Assembly: GCF_006345805.1 (NCBI RefSeq)
Contig: NC_043011.1
Location: 2,046,001 to 2,110,000, forward strand
Direction: 5' to 3'
DNA length: 64,000 nucleotides
From: Octopus sinensis
Lineage: Eukaryota
Shown: piece after piece, positions 37,367-50,196 of the stretch
Position numbering within the stretch: position 1 is the first letter of the stretch
Layout of the letters: every line of letters starts with the position of its first letter
Position numbers and translations under genes: made by a program
The notes under the pieces: generated by a model
The model's input: only the letters and a program-made list of their open reading frames with translations
Database searches by the model: none
Told to the model about the DNA's origin: nothing

Positions 37367-39559
37367 CATTGACTGGTTTTTATCTTGGAAGACTATAAAC
37401 ACCAATTAGAATAACTAACAAACTAGCATTTTAGGAACAAAATCCTCAACATCAGAAACATATTGAGCCAGTGATCTGCGCTTTAGAAACATTACCAAAA
37501 ATATGGCTCCATAATTGCAATATAAAAAATGAATAAACATCATTACATTTTTTTTTATTAATTTTATATTAATATGAAATAAATAATATGATTTACTATA
37601 GAACATATATTATGTATTAACTTAAAATCAAAATAGTTAAACGGATTTGTTACCCTTACCAGTTTTAAATCCAACAATAATTTTGGAACAAAATTTAGTA
37701 GATATTAAAATTTTGAAGAATGAACCTTAAAATGAAGACAGTGAAAATTATATAACCTTTTCAGAAAAGTATAGACTTCACTGTTACTTGCTGAAATAAT
37801 CATTGAAGTAAATGTTAAAGATTGTAGACTGATTGATGTAGAGAAAAAAGTAGGGAATGAATAATTCAGAAGTTACCCACATGAAAAACAATAAAGTTAA
37901 TGTTAAGCTTTTTAAGGCACTCAGTTAAGTAAAAAAGAATTTTCTGTGTTGAAGATAAAATAATATTTAAAGCAGTTAAATGCAGAGTATAATACTAGCC
38001 CAGCAACTTCTGTAACACCATTGTTCTTACAAAAGTTGTAGGCCACTTCAGTGCTAAAGAAATTATCACAATTATTTATAGTATAATTAGTCACTGAAGT
38101 AAAATACTTTATTGAATGACCTGTATGTAGTTTAAAAAATAGTTAAATGGTAAAATAGAAACCAATACATGACTAGTATTTTGATAAATTACTTCTATTT
38201 TTTTCTTCATTTTATATCCTTAGTAATTATTAACTACATAGGGATATCAAAATTAATAATTCTTTTACATTTTCAAGTCTCTTTATCTTGTCTCAGTTTA
38301 TCTTGTCACTTCTTTACTATTTTTACTAGACTGTGTTTTGTTTATGATAGATTTATTTAATAATTGAAACATATAGCATAAAGATAACTTAATTTTCAAG
38401 CTGAATGGTTCCTGCCCTATTCCTGGTAGTAGCACAAAGGCCTTGAATAAATCACACAGTATGTATCATTTTCCTTAATTATAAAATTTATAAATTACTA
38501 TATCACACTATATAATATCATTAGTATTATAAATGCTGATGAATTAAAATTTACATATGACATATTTTTCTGCATTAATACATACACCAACAATCCTTAG
38601 AATACTAAAGTGTTAAGATTTTTGATCTAAAGTTTCTATTCCATGAATACATGTTTGATAAATTTTGTTAGGCCTTTCCATGGAAGGAGAACAATGATAA
38701 AAAGCAAATACACTGACAAGTATTATGAGTATTTCTCTGATTCTGAGGCTTATTTCTGCTTCATATATGAAATAGGAACAACATTATTCTTGCATGACAT
38801 GTTATGTTTATTAAAATTCGCATCTTTTAGACGATTGAAAATCTTTTAAAGATTCTCTGTATTCATTTCTATTGGTTTTATTGACTTAAAAGAAATGTCC
38901 CTCTCGCTCCCTTCCCGTACTTTCAATACACACACACACACACACATACACACACACACACACACATACACACACAAATATATAATGTGTAGAACCATTT
39001 TGAGTGAATATTTTAGCTGTTGTACTCAGTTGCTAAATAGTTTTCACTATAAAGCAAATTACACACTGATCTTGTTTCGGTCAATTAGCAATTGTCAAAT
39101 GGTGCTGGACTTGTGATCAGTGAGGGTAATCATTTATATTATGTCATCAATGCATCAATAAGTACCTACCTAATGTACTAACTCTCAAATAGCTCAGTCC
39201 AAATAGGTGAAAATATATATAAGTTACTACTTCTAGTAATGAGAGTAAAGTAAATTACTTGAACATTAATTAGCTTCCAGAGATAAAATCTAAATTTATT
39301 ACTGGCACTGGTTTGGGAATAAAAGGCTCTGCCAGACTAACATCCTTCAGTTACACACACCAAAATCTTCAATGATGTTGCAATAACTTAGTATTTTATA
39401 GGTTTGCTTTCTTTATCGATAGCACACTCACACATACACACACACATATGCTCACATACACACACACATACGCTCACTTACACACACATTACAAAATAAT
39501 GGGTCTTTTGTATTAACTCTTGTAGATAATCACAAACAATTTTGATCTTATTTTGTATC

Positions 39560-39725
39560 GGGCATGGCTGTGTGGTTAGGGAGCTTGCTTCCTAGCTACA
39601 TGGTTTCGGGTTCAGTCCCACTGCGTGGCACTTTGGGTAGGTGTCTTCCACTATAACCCTGAGCTGACCGGAGCTTTGTAATTGAATTCGGTAGGTGGAA
39701 GTTACTGCCGTGTGTGTGTATGTGT
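39560..39725 (+). mobile_element. CORE-type SINE, 5' half
   Basis: tRNA-like head and CORE-like segment. Confidence 0.75.
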
Positions 39726-39989
39726 GCGTATAGCTGCTCAGTGCCTCTCCAAAAGAGAGAGAGGGGAACAAATGAATAAATCCCTTCAGAGTACACATGT
39801 GCATTTAGTCTTTAGTTATAAAGGCTTTATCACATTACAACATTGTATGTTTTATTTTAAGGAAACCTCTTGCTAAATATACACAAAAACTATATTAACG
39901 TCATCATTTTTAATACATCTTAAGTTGGATGTGGAAAATAAGGTAACACGCAAAAATGGTGGTGTTAATCTGTAGAAAGTTCTGTAGCT

Positions 39990-40187
39990 CAGTGGTTCCC
40001 AAACTTTTTAGAGTCGCGACCCACTATTTATCACACCTGTTTATGATGACCCACTTATAAGTCTTGAACTATCTCGATAGACAGCAATTAATCAAAGCTA
40101 ATGCGTAATTTTATAACTTTTTGCGACCCACTAAGATTCCGTTCGCGACCCATCTGTGGGTCGCAACTCATAGTTTGGGAACCACTG
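39990..40187. mobile_element. hAT (Charlie-like) MITE
   Basis: TIRs cagtggttcccaaac / gtttgggaaccactg. 8-bp TSD ctgtagct (39982-39989) versus ctatagct (40188-40195), 1 mismatch. Confidence 0.88.
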
Positions 40188-41377
40188 CTATAGCTTATTA
40201 TATGCTAAGACAATGAAACACCTAAAAACCTACATTTAGAATATGGCTCACAAAATGTTTAGTCTTCAAATATTTTACGAACTTCTGTGGCTTCACTTTC
40301 TTTATTTTGATACAATTTCAAATGAATATGTTGATTGAACCTGCACATGTGGAATTAAACAGAAATTGTTTTCCTGTCAAATGTCAGAACTGTTATGATG
40401 CTTGGAGCATTGAAGCAATGAGCATCACCTGTTGAGCTTGAACATGACTCTGCTGAGCATACTCAATAATTAGTGTTCAGGTAAAATATTAATGAGCTGA
40501 GAGGATCTTTGAAGATACTCTGCAATGTTGTTTTTGTCCCAGGTTATCCCTGACTGAAGTGGCCAGTGGTATTCCAGCTATGACCATCCTATCCATCACT
40601 TGGACTTTGCATGTCTAGGACATCATTATCTAATGTGTCCCTCCATTTCCAGGAGTGTAATTCAAGGGAAATTCAGCAGCTATATCTTGCAGGTTGAACA
40701 GCTATGTAGACACTGGCTTAATATATGCAGAGAAAGTAGCTCTTTGTGTTTGTGTGTATGGCTGGAGTAAATGGTGTGTGCTAACCATAGGATATATCCT
40801 GGTGGAGTTAAACCAATGAAGTTGCAAGTTAAGATATCAGGATGTTAGATAGATGAATTAACAGAACATCAAAACAAGTGGTAAAATGCTGTGCTTTTTG
40901 GCTTTAACTATAGTAGCATAGTTTGTGAGAAGGATGTTAAAACAGGCAAGAAGATGGAGATGATGATGATGATGATGATGATGATGACAGTTATCCAATG
41001 CTAAACGGTTCAGTATAAGGCTGTAATTAGGTTTAAATGTGATTATGTAGTCAATATTATAGTTGTCCAATCACTTCATTATGTTACCTCATGAAGTCGG
41101 GTGGATTGGAAATAAAATTCATAGTAATGTGGCCCTTTATATTCTGTGTTCAAATATAACAGGCTGACAATGTCTTTCAACTTTCTGGGATGATAAAATA
41201 AAGTACTAATCAAGCACTGAGGTTGACATAATTAAATGTTCCTTTCCACCAGATTTCTGGTCCTGTGGTTATACAATAAATTATTCCTGTTAGGTCTTTT
41301 AATGCCCAACACTTTATGGATGATTCAGAATTGGGCACAATACCTTGTAGTTTTTGTTCTGAGTTCTGAGTATATAA

Positions 41378-41760
41378 GGCGACGAGCTGGTAGATACGTT
41401 AGCATGCCGGGCGAAATGCTTAGTGGTATTTCGTCTGTGGGTACATTCTGAGTTCAAATTCCGCCGAGGTCGACTTTGCCTTTCATCCTTTCGAGGTTGA
41501 TTAAATAAGTACTAGTTATGCACTGGGGTCGATATAATCGACTTAATTCGTTTGTCTGTCCTTGTTTGTCCTCTCTGTGTTTAGCCCCTTGTGAGTAGTA
41601 AAGAAATAGGTATTTGTTCTGAGTTCAAAGTCTACCAAGGTCAACTTTGTCTTTTATTCTTCTGGGGTCAATAAAATACAATACCTGTCCAAGACTATCG
41701 ATGGCATAACTGATCGTTCCCCACCCACCAAATTTTTGGCATTGGGCTTATATTAGAAAT
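41378..41760 (+). mobile_element. SINE family C, full copy followed by a second degenerate partial copy
   Basis: Full copy at 41378-41610; the partial copy restarts at ttctgagttcaaa (~41616). Confidence 0.8.
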
Positions 41761-41764
41761 GATT

Positions 41765-42052
41765 ATTTTTGCTTCCTAATCGGAGACCCCCTTCAGTCAC
41801 GACACAGACCATGGGATTGCACCTAGAAAGTTACCCTCCTAGACACAAGTCCAGGCGAGTTTGTTTATGGAAGACCAGCAGTCGCCCATGCATACCAGCC
41901 TCCCCTCTCCATGCCACCAGTGTTATCCAAGGGAAAGACAAAGGTCGATACAGCTTGGCACCAGTGACATCGCAACTCATTTCTACAGCTGAGTGAACTG
42001 GAGCAACGTGAAATAAAGTGCCTTGCTCAAGAACACAACATGATATGGAATA
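41765..42052 (-). mobile_element. SINE with V-like central domain, head missing
   Basis: Minus strand gtgttcttgagcaaggcactttatttcacgttgctccagttcactcagctgtagaaatgag. Confidence 0.65.
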
Positions 42053-43249
42053 AAAATTCATTTCTGTCGATCAGACATTTATTCAAATATTTTTTCCACA
42101 CAGATCATTCCACTGTTTTGCCATTTTCTCTTGTTTCTTTCTGAATAAATATAGAATCAAAGCTAAAACTAAACATACCTCATGTTTTACTAACAATCTT
42201 TTTCCTTGGTCTCTGTCTAATTAACAATATGTTAAAATTTATAAGGCAATTGCAATATCTTACATAAGAAGATATGTGTGCAATATAGTACATTTAAAAA
42301 AAATCTAAATAAGTTACATTTAAATTTCTTTAAAAGTTGAAAGACACCTTTTCTATTAAAAAGATATTTTTAACCTAAACTGCAATTAGTGTAGGAAAAT
42401 TGCATAACTTGGACATATTAATATCTCTATTCATTAAACTAAATAATTTTGGGTAATCTGTTATTAAAACAAAATTATGCTCAATAGCAACATTGGTTGA
42501 TAGATTTTTTTCCTAAAATATTATTTGAAGGAATTACTGTGCAACTTTTGTTTAACAAAAGTATGTAAATTACAAATTACATTCACTTCAATTTTAAACT
42601 TACTTAAAATGATCTCCTACATAGAGTATACACATGGCATATGTTAGAGCAATAGTACCAGTCTAAAGAATGTAGAACGAAATAGCTAAGTGTATTCATA
42701 ATGAGTTCAAAACAGCTGCAAGGATTTCACAGTATTTTTGGCAGGACACTTTATTCTACATTCTTAGAGGAATTTTTCTCTGGTATCTTAGACTGCACAA
42801 AATTCATGAATTCATTCTTAAAACTGTAAATCAGTGAGCAATTTTTCAATAAGCATGTATCAGAAGATGCTTCTACACATTTTTTTGGTTTTATCACATG
42901 AAGAGGCTCATGAAAAATATATTTTATGTGAATTGCATTATACTGCAGAGCAGGACATTAGAATCTTAAATGAAGAAATTGCCTGTAATAGACATTACTT
43001 CTAATTGTTTTAGATTTTTAAATTGCATTATGTAACACATTAATGACTTTGTTGGTCTTATGACACTTGCTCTAGACAACCATATCTTTTGTATAGACCA
43101 CTGTTGGTCTGTCTGGACCATTAATGGCCCATACCAAAAGCTTGATGGTCTGCCTTGACCCAACTATATAATACTACAGAACTACAAAAACTGAAAAAAA
43201 ATATGAGCCCTTTAGATACAAGGGTTTGTGAGTGGATCAACATATTTTA

Positions 43250-43466
43250 TCTTTTATTTTTTACTTGTTTCAGTTATTTGACTGTGGCCATGCTGGGGCA
43301 CCCCTTGAGGAATTTTAGGCAAACTAATTGACCCCAGTACTTATATCTTTTTAAACCTGGTACTGATTTCATTGGTCTGTTTTGCCAAACCACTAATGTT
43401 ATGGGGATGTAAACACACCAACACCAGTTGTCAAGTGGTGATGGGAGATAAAACACAGACACAAAG

Positions 43467-43505
<39 letters not shown>
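43250..43505 (-). mobile_element. CORE-type SINE, 3' half (split by LINE insertion)
   Basis: Continues at 45596-45745 on the other side of the LINE. Confidence 0.8.
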
Positions 43506-43511
43506 AAGAAG

Positions 43512-45590
43512 TCATCATCATCATCATCATCATTACCGTTTAACGTCCGTTTTCCGCGCTAGCATGGGTTTTACGGTTCGACCGGGGTCTGGGGAGCCAG
43601 GGGCTGCCCCAGGCTCCAGTCTGATCTGGCAGTGTTTCTACAGCTTGATGCCCTTCCTAACGCCAACCACTCTGCGAGTGTAGTGGGTGCTTTTTACATG
43701 CCACCTGCACAGGTGCCAGAGGGGTCTGGCATCGGCCACGATCGGTTGGTGCTTTTTTATGTGCCACCAGCACAGACGCCAGTCAAGGCGGTGCTGGCAT
43801 CGGCCACATTCGGATGGTGCTTTTTATGTGCCACCAGCACAGAACCCATTCGAGGCAGGGTTGGCATCGGTCACGTTCGGATGGTGCTTTTTATGTGCCA
43901 CCGGCACAGAAGCCAGTGGAGGCTGCACTGGCAACGGCCACGTTCGGATGGTGCTTTTTATGTGTCACCGGCACAGGTATCACAACTACTGTTTCCATTG
44001 ATATTTGGTTCGATGTTCATGTGCCACCGGCACAGAAGCCATTCGAGGCGGGGTTGGCATCGGTCATGTTCGGATGGTGCTTTTTATGTGCCACCGGCAC
44101 AGAAGCCAGTGGAGGCTGCACTGGCAACGGCCACGTTCGGATGGTGCTTTTTATGTGTCACCGGCACAGGTATCACAACTACTGTTTCCATTGATATTTT
44201 GTTCGATGTTCATGTACATGTACATGCACTTGACTCAACAGGTCTCCTCAAGCACAGCGAGATGTTCCGGGATCCTACGATCGGTTGGTGCTGCCACCGG
44301 CACAGAAGCCAGTTGAGGTGGTGCTGGCATCGGCCACGTTCGGATGGTGCTTGTTATGTGTCACCGGCACAGGTATCACAGCTACTATTTCCATTGATAT
44401 TTGGTTCGATGTTCATGTATATGCACTTGACTCGACAGGTCTCCTCAAGCACAGTGAGATGTTCCGGGATCCAAGGTACTTTGGATGGGCAGGGGGTATG
44501 CGGAACTGGTGCCGGAAGCATCCCGGGTCTTAGTAGTCACAGCACATCTCCAGAGATCTCGGTCCTTCGCCATTGCCCCAGTGAGGTCCAACACTCTGAG
44601 GTCATGCTTGACTACCTCATCCCATGTCTTCCTGGGTCTACCTCTCCCCCTGATTCCTTCAACTGTTCGGGAGTGGCATTTCTTCACACATCTCTCCTCA
44701 TCCATCCGCAGTACATGACCATACCATTGCAAGCGTCGCTCTTGCACACCGCATCTGATGCTTCTTATGCCTAGCATTTCTCTCAGGGTGCTTACACTCT
44801 GTCGTGCATTCACACTGACATTACACATCCAGCGTATCATGCTAGCTTCATTTCTTTCAAGTCTACGCATGTCCTCTGCAGTCATGGCCCATGTTTCACT
44901 GCCGTGAAGCATGGCAGTTCGCACACATGCATCATACAATCTACCTTTCACTCTGAGTGAGAGACCCTTTGTCGCCAGTAGGGGTAGGAGCTTTCTAAAC
45001 TTTGCCCAGGCTATTCGTATTCTAGTGGTGACACTCTCTTAGCATCCACCCCCACTACTAACTTGGTTACTGAGGTAGCGGAAACTATCAACTACTTCTA
45101 GTTCCTCTCCCTGGAGTGTGATGGAATCTGTTTTTTGAGTGCCTGTGGTGTCTATTGTCCCTGTGCATCTGCCGCACATGAAAGCTATCTTATCAGTTAA
45201 TTTCCCTTTGATGTTGCTGCACCTCTTATGCATCCATAGCTTACACTGGGTGCATCTTATGGAGTTTCTACCTACACCTTTCCTACAGCTCGAGCAGGGC
45301 CACCTGCCCGATGGGGTGTGTGCTGAGTTCGCCTTTCTGCATACTATAACTTTGGTCTTCGCTACATTTACTCTAAGGCCCTTAGATTCTAACCCTTGTT
45401 TCCACACCCGAAATTTCTTTTTTAGTTCCGGTAGTGATTCTGCTATGAGGGCCAGGTCATCAGCATAGAGGAGCTCCCAGGGGCAACCTGTTTTGAATTC
45501 CTCTGTTATTGCCTGGAGGACTATGATGAATAAAAGGGGACTGAGGGCTGAGCCCTGGTGTACACCTACTTCTACCCGAAATTCTTCACT
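43512..45590 (-). mobile_element. 5'-truncated RTE-X LINE with (GAT)n tail
   Basis: One reading frame from 45590 to 44445 with a single TAA at 45039-45041: GVHQGSALSPLLF, YADD, C4HC3 finger, RYL, AWAKF..LYDACVRTAMLHGSETW..WYGHVLR..GRGRPRKTW. The 3'UTR has tandem repeats. Confidence 0.93.
44445..45590 (-). pseudogene. RTE-X ORF2 (reverse transcriptase, PHD-type finger, C-terminus), one nonsense mutation
   Basis: ORFs 45039-45407 and 44445-44951 are in the same frame (87-nt gap). RT motifs continue in frame upstream to 45590. Confidence 0.9.
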
Positions 45591-45595
45591 CTATC

Positions 45596-45745
45596 ATATA
45601 AATATATATGATGGGTTTCTTTCAGTCTCCATCTACCAAATCTACTCACAAGTTTTTAGTCAGCCTGAGGCTATAGTAGGAAACACTCTCCCAAGGTGCC
45701 ACACAGTGGGACTGAACCTAGAATCATGTGGTTGAGAAGCAAACT
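45596..45745 (-). mobile_element. CORE-type SINE, 5' half (split by LINE insertion)
   Basis: tttctttcagtctccatctaccaaatc..ggtgccacacagtgggactgaacc. Confidence 0.8.
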
Positions 45746-47576
45746 TAATTAGAAATATATGACATCATTTTCAATTTATTTCTTTATGCCAAAGTTACTT
45801 CATTGTTGAATGGTGAGCAACTGGAAGAATATCCCACTTTGATCTTTTGACTGAAGATATTTGCAAATATCTAAGATTCTTAAAAAACCTCCTGTCCACG
45901 TTGGCATCAAATAACTGGATGCAAAAATAGAAAATAAAGAAAATGCCATTTTTTATACATTCTATAGTGTCACAAATACACATGTACAGAAATATATACA
46001 CACATATAATTTCTGTTTCTATTTTGGATAGGTTAGTTGTAAAAAATTGCTCTCCTTGTAGCTAGGTGGATAGTCAATAATGTGTCAGAATTGTAGGAAA
46101 AGATATAAGGAGGGAATGTCAGACAGAAGAGTTAGCTAGAATGCAGAAAATATACAACAGAATGATAAATGGGGGAATTTAGAGGTTAAAAAGTGGGCAC
46201 TGAGTGGGCCTGTATCATTTATCTTTCTGCAAAATATATATTTCTGTCTACATTGTTGATTAAAACTTTTTGGAGGAAATTCTGAAATGAAATAGATGCT
46301 GCATCTAAAGAATTATATAATTCCTAAAACTGTAAATCAGTGAGCAATTTTTCAATAATCATATATGGGAAGATGCATGTACATGTATTTTTGGTTATAT
46401 CAGTGTCTGCTCTTGAAAGGATTAAAAAAAAAAACTAGCTTTTTGGTGTTTTAAGAGGCAACTTGCACATTAACAATAAGAGATTATAAGCTGGGAAAAT
46501 TTCCTTTTGTAATGATGTTGAGTACTTTATATACTTTCATTGTCAACATATAGTGGACCCATGCTGCAGATGTGTGTTCAACCAGAAGTCTTGTAGATAT
46601 ATTACAAGGCTGAAGCCTCATGTGTTTCCTTTTTTAAAAAATCTATTACAAGGTCTTTTACTGCAGTGAATCACTCATTTACATTTCAAATGATGGACGA
46701 TGTCAAAATAATTTACCGTAATATGCTGGTGTATAATATGACTTGGTGTACAAGATGACCCCCCCAGGATTTCTAATTAAAAAATGGGTTTTGAACTATA
46801 CTTGCTGTATAAGACTATCTCAAGATTTTGTGAAAAATAACACGAGCACCAAGCTATTTATGAAAGAGTGGCAACTTGAGCCTTTTCAAGAAACATTGTC
46901 TGTAAATGTTTAAAAGTAATTGGTAACTGTAAGGTTTATTGTGATTGGTCTGTCTGACAGAAAGTACTGGTACATGCTGCTAATCTGCTGAAACAGATAG
47001 GTTAGTTACCATAAACTACACTTGTCTTGAAAGCCCTTGGCTGGCTGAGTACTGTATGAGTGAGTGCTCTGAGGCAGTGTAAACAGAATGGAACCTGGGA
47101 CCTGGCTGAATGGGCTGATTGTTTACATTTTCTGTTTGTCTGCTGTTGCAAATGGTGACTGGTGTCTGTGCACTAAGTTTGCTGTACTGTTATTTTAATA
47201 TAATCCTATAATCTATCAATCCACCTTCCCAAACATACGTGTAAATATCAGTAGAAAATACCAAGTTGTAGAATCATAGGATCTATGCAAGTGTTTTATA
47301 CTGTTCTCCATTGACATTGGTCCTACTCTAAACCACAGGAAGTTATGATCCAGGTTTTATACAGGGTATATAAAATGACCCCTAGTTTGGGGGAGATTTT
47401 TTTGTTTGAAGTTAAAATTCTATCCACTATGCCAGTATATACGGTATCTCTTGGGTGTGTTTCAGCTAACTACTTCAAAATTAATAGATATTTTGATATT
47501 TTTCTGGATTAAATGCCATAAATCAATTTTTTTTCTCCCATTGAACCCCAAAGGGTTAAGATTAATCTGTACCCAT

Positions 47577-47940
47577 TTACTCATTTACTTGTTTCAGTCA
47601 TTTGATTGTGGCCATGCTGGAGCACCACTTTTAGTCGAGGAAATTGACCCCAGGACTTATTCTTTGTAAGCCTTATTCTATCGGTCTCTTTTGCCGAACT
47701 GCTAAGTTACCAGGACGTAAACACACCAGCATCGGTTGTCAAGTGATGGTGGGGGGACAAACACAACACATATATACATATATACGACGGGCTTCTTTCA
47801 GTTTCCGTTTACCAAATCCCCTCACAAGGCTTTGGTCGGCCCGAGGCTATAGCAGAAGACACTTGCTCAAGGCCATGCAGTGGGACTGAACCCGGAAGCA
47901 TGTGGTTCGTAAGCAAGTTACTTACCACACAGCCACTCCT
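47577..47940 (-). mobile_element. CORE-type SINE
   Basis: Family match. Confidence 0.87.
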
Positions 47941-48781
47941 AAACACATTTCAGCTTTAAAGCTGTGGTCATGCCTAAGCACTTGTCTTACTTCAGCTTCT
48001 TCAGTTCACTTATGTATCTTACACAGTCAGAAAAGCTACTTATTCAGAATAGAAATAATAGACCAAAAATTTTAAAACCTGAAAGCTGTCGATGCAGTCC
48101 AACATTCTTTACTGAAATATTATCCGAGTATTTTGTTTCCATGGCTCATGCTGCTAAAAGCTAAAATTATGAGCTTTTTTTTAAACATCAAAATAATTTC
48201 TCTTTGTACTCTCCTTTGAATCTATTTCATTTATGAAATTTAATTATTTGGGAAGCTATGACCTTTGCTAGCCGTTATGTAGATTAGTTTTTATCAATTG
48301 CCACATGCATTGTCAGATTATGGATAGACAGAATTTTGGCCATGATTTTGGTTTTCTACAGAAAAACTTTTCTTTGAACTCTGCTCATTTAACACTTTTG
48401 TTTTTATCCTTTCTTGTGTGGTAGAAATAAATGACATTAAAAAGACAGATATTTCTTTGACTTTACCATTAAATATGGTCCCGTGATGTCATAAATATTT
48501 TGAAGTATGTCAATTGTTATTTAGAGCTCTGGCAGTTCCGTTTTATACATATTTCTCTGGAAGTTTAACCTGAGAAAAGAATATTTTCGAGTTGTCTTTA
48601 ACCATTTTGACAGCAGTCAGTCTGGATCTATGACACACAGTAAGTTTAATGTGTTCAGGTTTAAATAAAGCCTTCCATCAGGAATTTATATAAGAACATT
48701 TTTGTTAAGCTTTGTTGTAAACTTTAGTTTTACAACATAGTTATTTACTAAATCCTTTTAAAATTTTTATTATTTTCAAAA

Positions 48782-48954
48782 GCAAGGAGTAGCTGTGTGG
48801 TAAGTAGCTTGCTAACCAACCACATGGTTCCGGGTTCGGTCCCACTGCGTGGCATCTTGAGCAAGTGTCTTCTGCTATAGCCCCGGGCCGACCAATGCCT
48901 TGTGAGTGGATTTGGTAGACGGAAACTGAAAGAAGCCTGCCGTATATATGTATA

Positions 48955-49011
<57 letters not shown>

Positions 49012-49240
49012 ATGTGTTTGTGTGTCTGTGTTTGTTCCCCCACCATCGCTTGACAACCGATGCTGGTGTGTTTAAGTCCCCGTCACTTAGCAGTTCGGCA
49101 AAAAAAGAGACCAATAGGATAAGTACTGGGCTTACAAAGAATAAGTCCCGGGGTCGAGTTGCTCGACTAAAGGCGGTGCTCCAGCATGGCTGCAGTCAAA
49201 TGACTGAAACAAGTAAAAGAGTAAAAGAGAGTAAAGAGAG
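48782..49240 (+). mobile_element. CORE-type SINE, full length
   Basis: Family match. Confidence 0.9.
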
Positions 49241-49529
49241 AATCAGTTCAGTGCATTTGAAATCACTTATTCATCATGATTCTTCTAACATTTGTTTTTG
49301 TTACATAATATGAGTAATACACATATTATTCTGCTGTTGTTTTCAGTAAAATATATTACACTGATGCAAAATGATTTTTGCTATGATGCTGAGAAAGAGT
49401 CCATTGTCATTAATTTCAGTTAGTCCTCTACATATTTTACTCATTAATAAAAAATTAAAATGCTTTGGTGGTGTATTTCATTTGATTCATGATTAGTCAA
49501 GAAACTATTTCTCAAAATAACCTCTTCTC

Positions 49530-49723
49530 ACTCTCTTTTACTCTTTTACTTGTTTCAGTCAGTTGACGGCGGCCATGCTGGAGCACCGCCTTTAGTTGAG
49601 CAACTCGACCCCGGGACTTATTCTTTGTAAGCCCAGTACTAATTCTATCGGTCTCTTTTGCCAAACCGCTAAGTGACGGGTTGTCAAGCGATGCTAGGAG
49701 GACAAACACAGACACACAAACAT

Positions 49724-49792
<69 letters not shown>

Positions 49793-49956
49793 TACGATGG
49801 GCTTCTTTCAGTTTCCGTCTACCAAATCCACTCACAAGGCTTTGGTCGGCCCAAGGCTATAGTAGAAGACACTTGCCCAATGTGCCATGCAGTGGGTCTG
49901 AACCCAGAACCATATGGCTGGTAAGCAAGCTACTTACCACATAGCCACTCCTGTGC
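49530..49956 (-). mobile_element. CORE-type SINE with a small internal deletion
   Basis: Family match; lies tail-to-tail with the 48782 copy. Confidence 0.87.
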
Positions 49957-50196
49957 TGTAATTTTAATTAAAATTTCCTGAGTCTCTATATTTGCACCAT
50001 CATATGCCATTCAGTCTTCTTTGACTAAAATCCTATTTTTTTCTGGTCATCATAATTTGGTAGGAACATTTAGACCACACTCCTTTGCATTCTACATTTA
50101 ATGGATTGAATTAATTCGAAATTCTGAGATAGTTTTACCCTGCATTTTTTGACCGTGATCAATATGAAATTAATTTGTTTTACTTATTAAAAGTAA

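Noticed and set aside
43632-44774. 380-aa plus-strand ORF, the longest in the window
   Set aside because: It is antisense to the LINE ORF2 end and 3'UTR, and its repetitive peptide mirrors the tandem repeats. No domain signature.
47078-47130. Inverted forkhead-type motifs (GTAAACA..TGTTTAC) as an enhancer
   Set aside because: Two 7-mers in AT-rich DNA cannot support a regulatory call without conservation or chromatin data.
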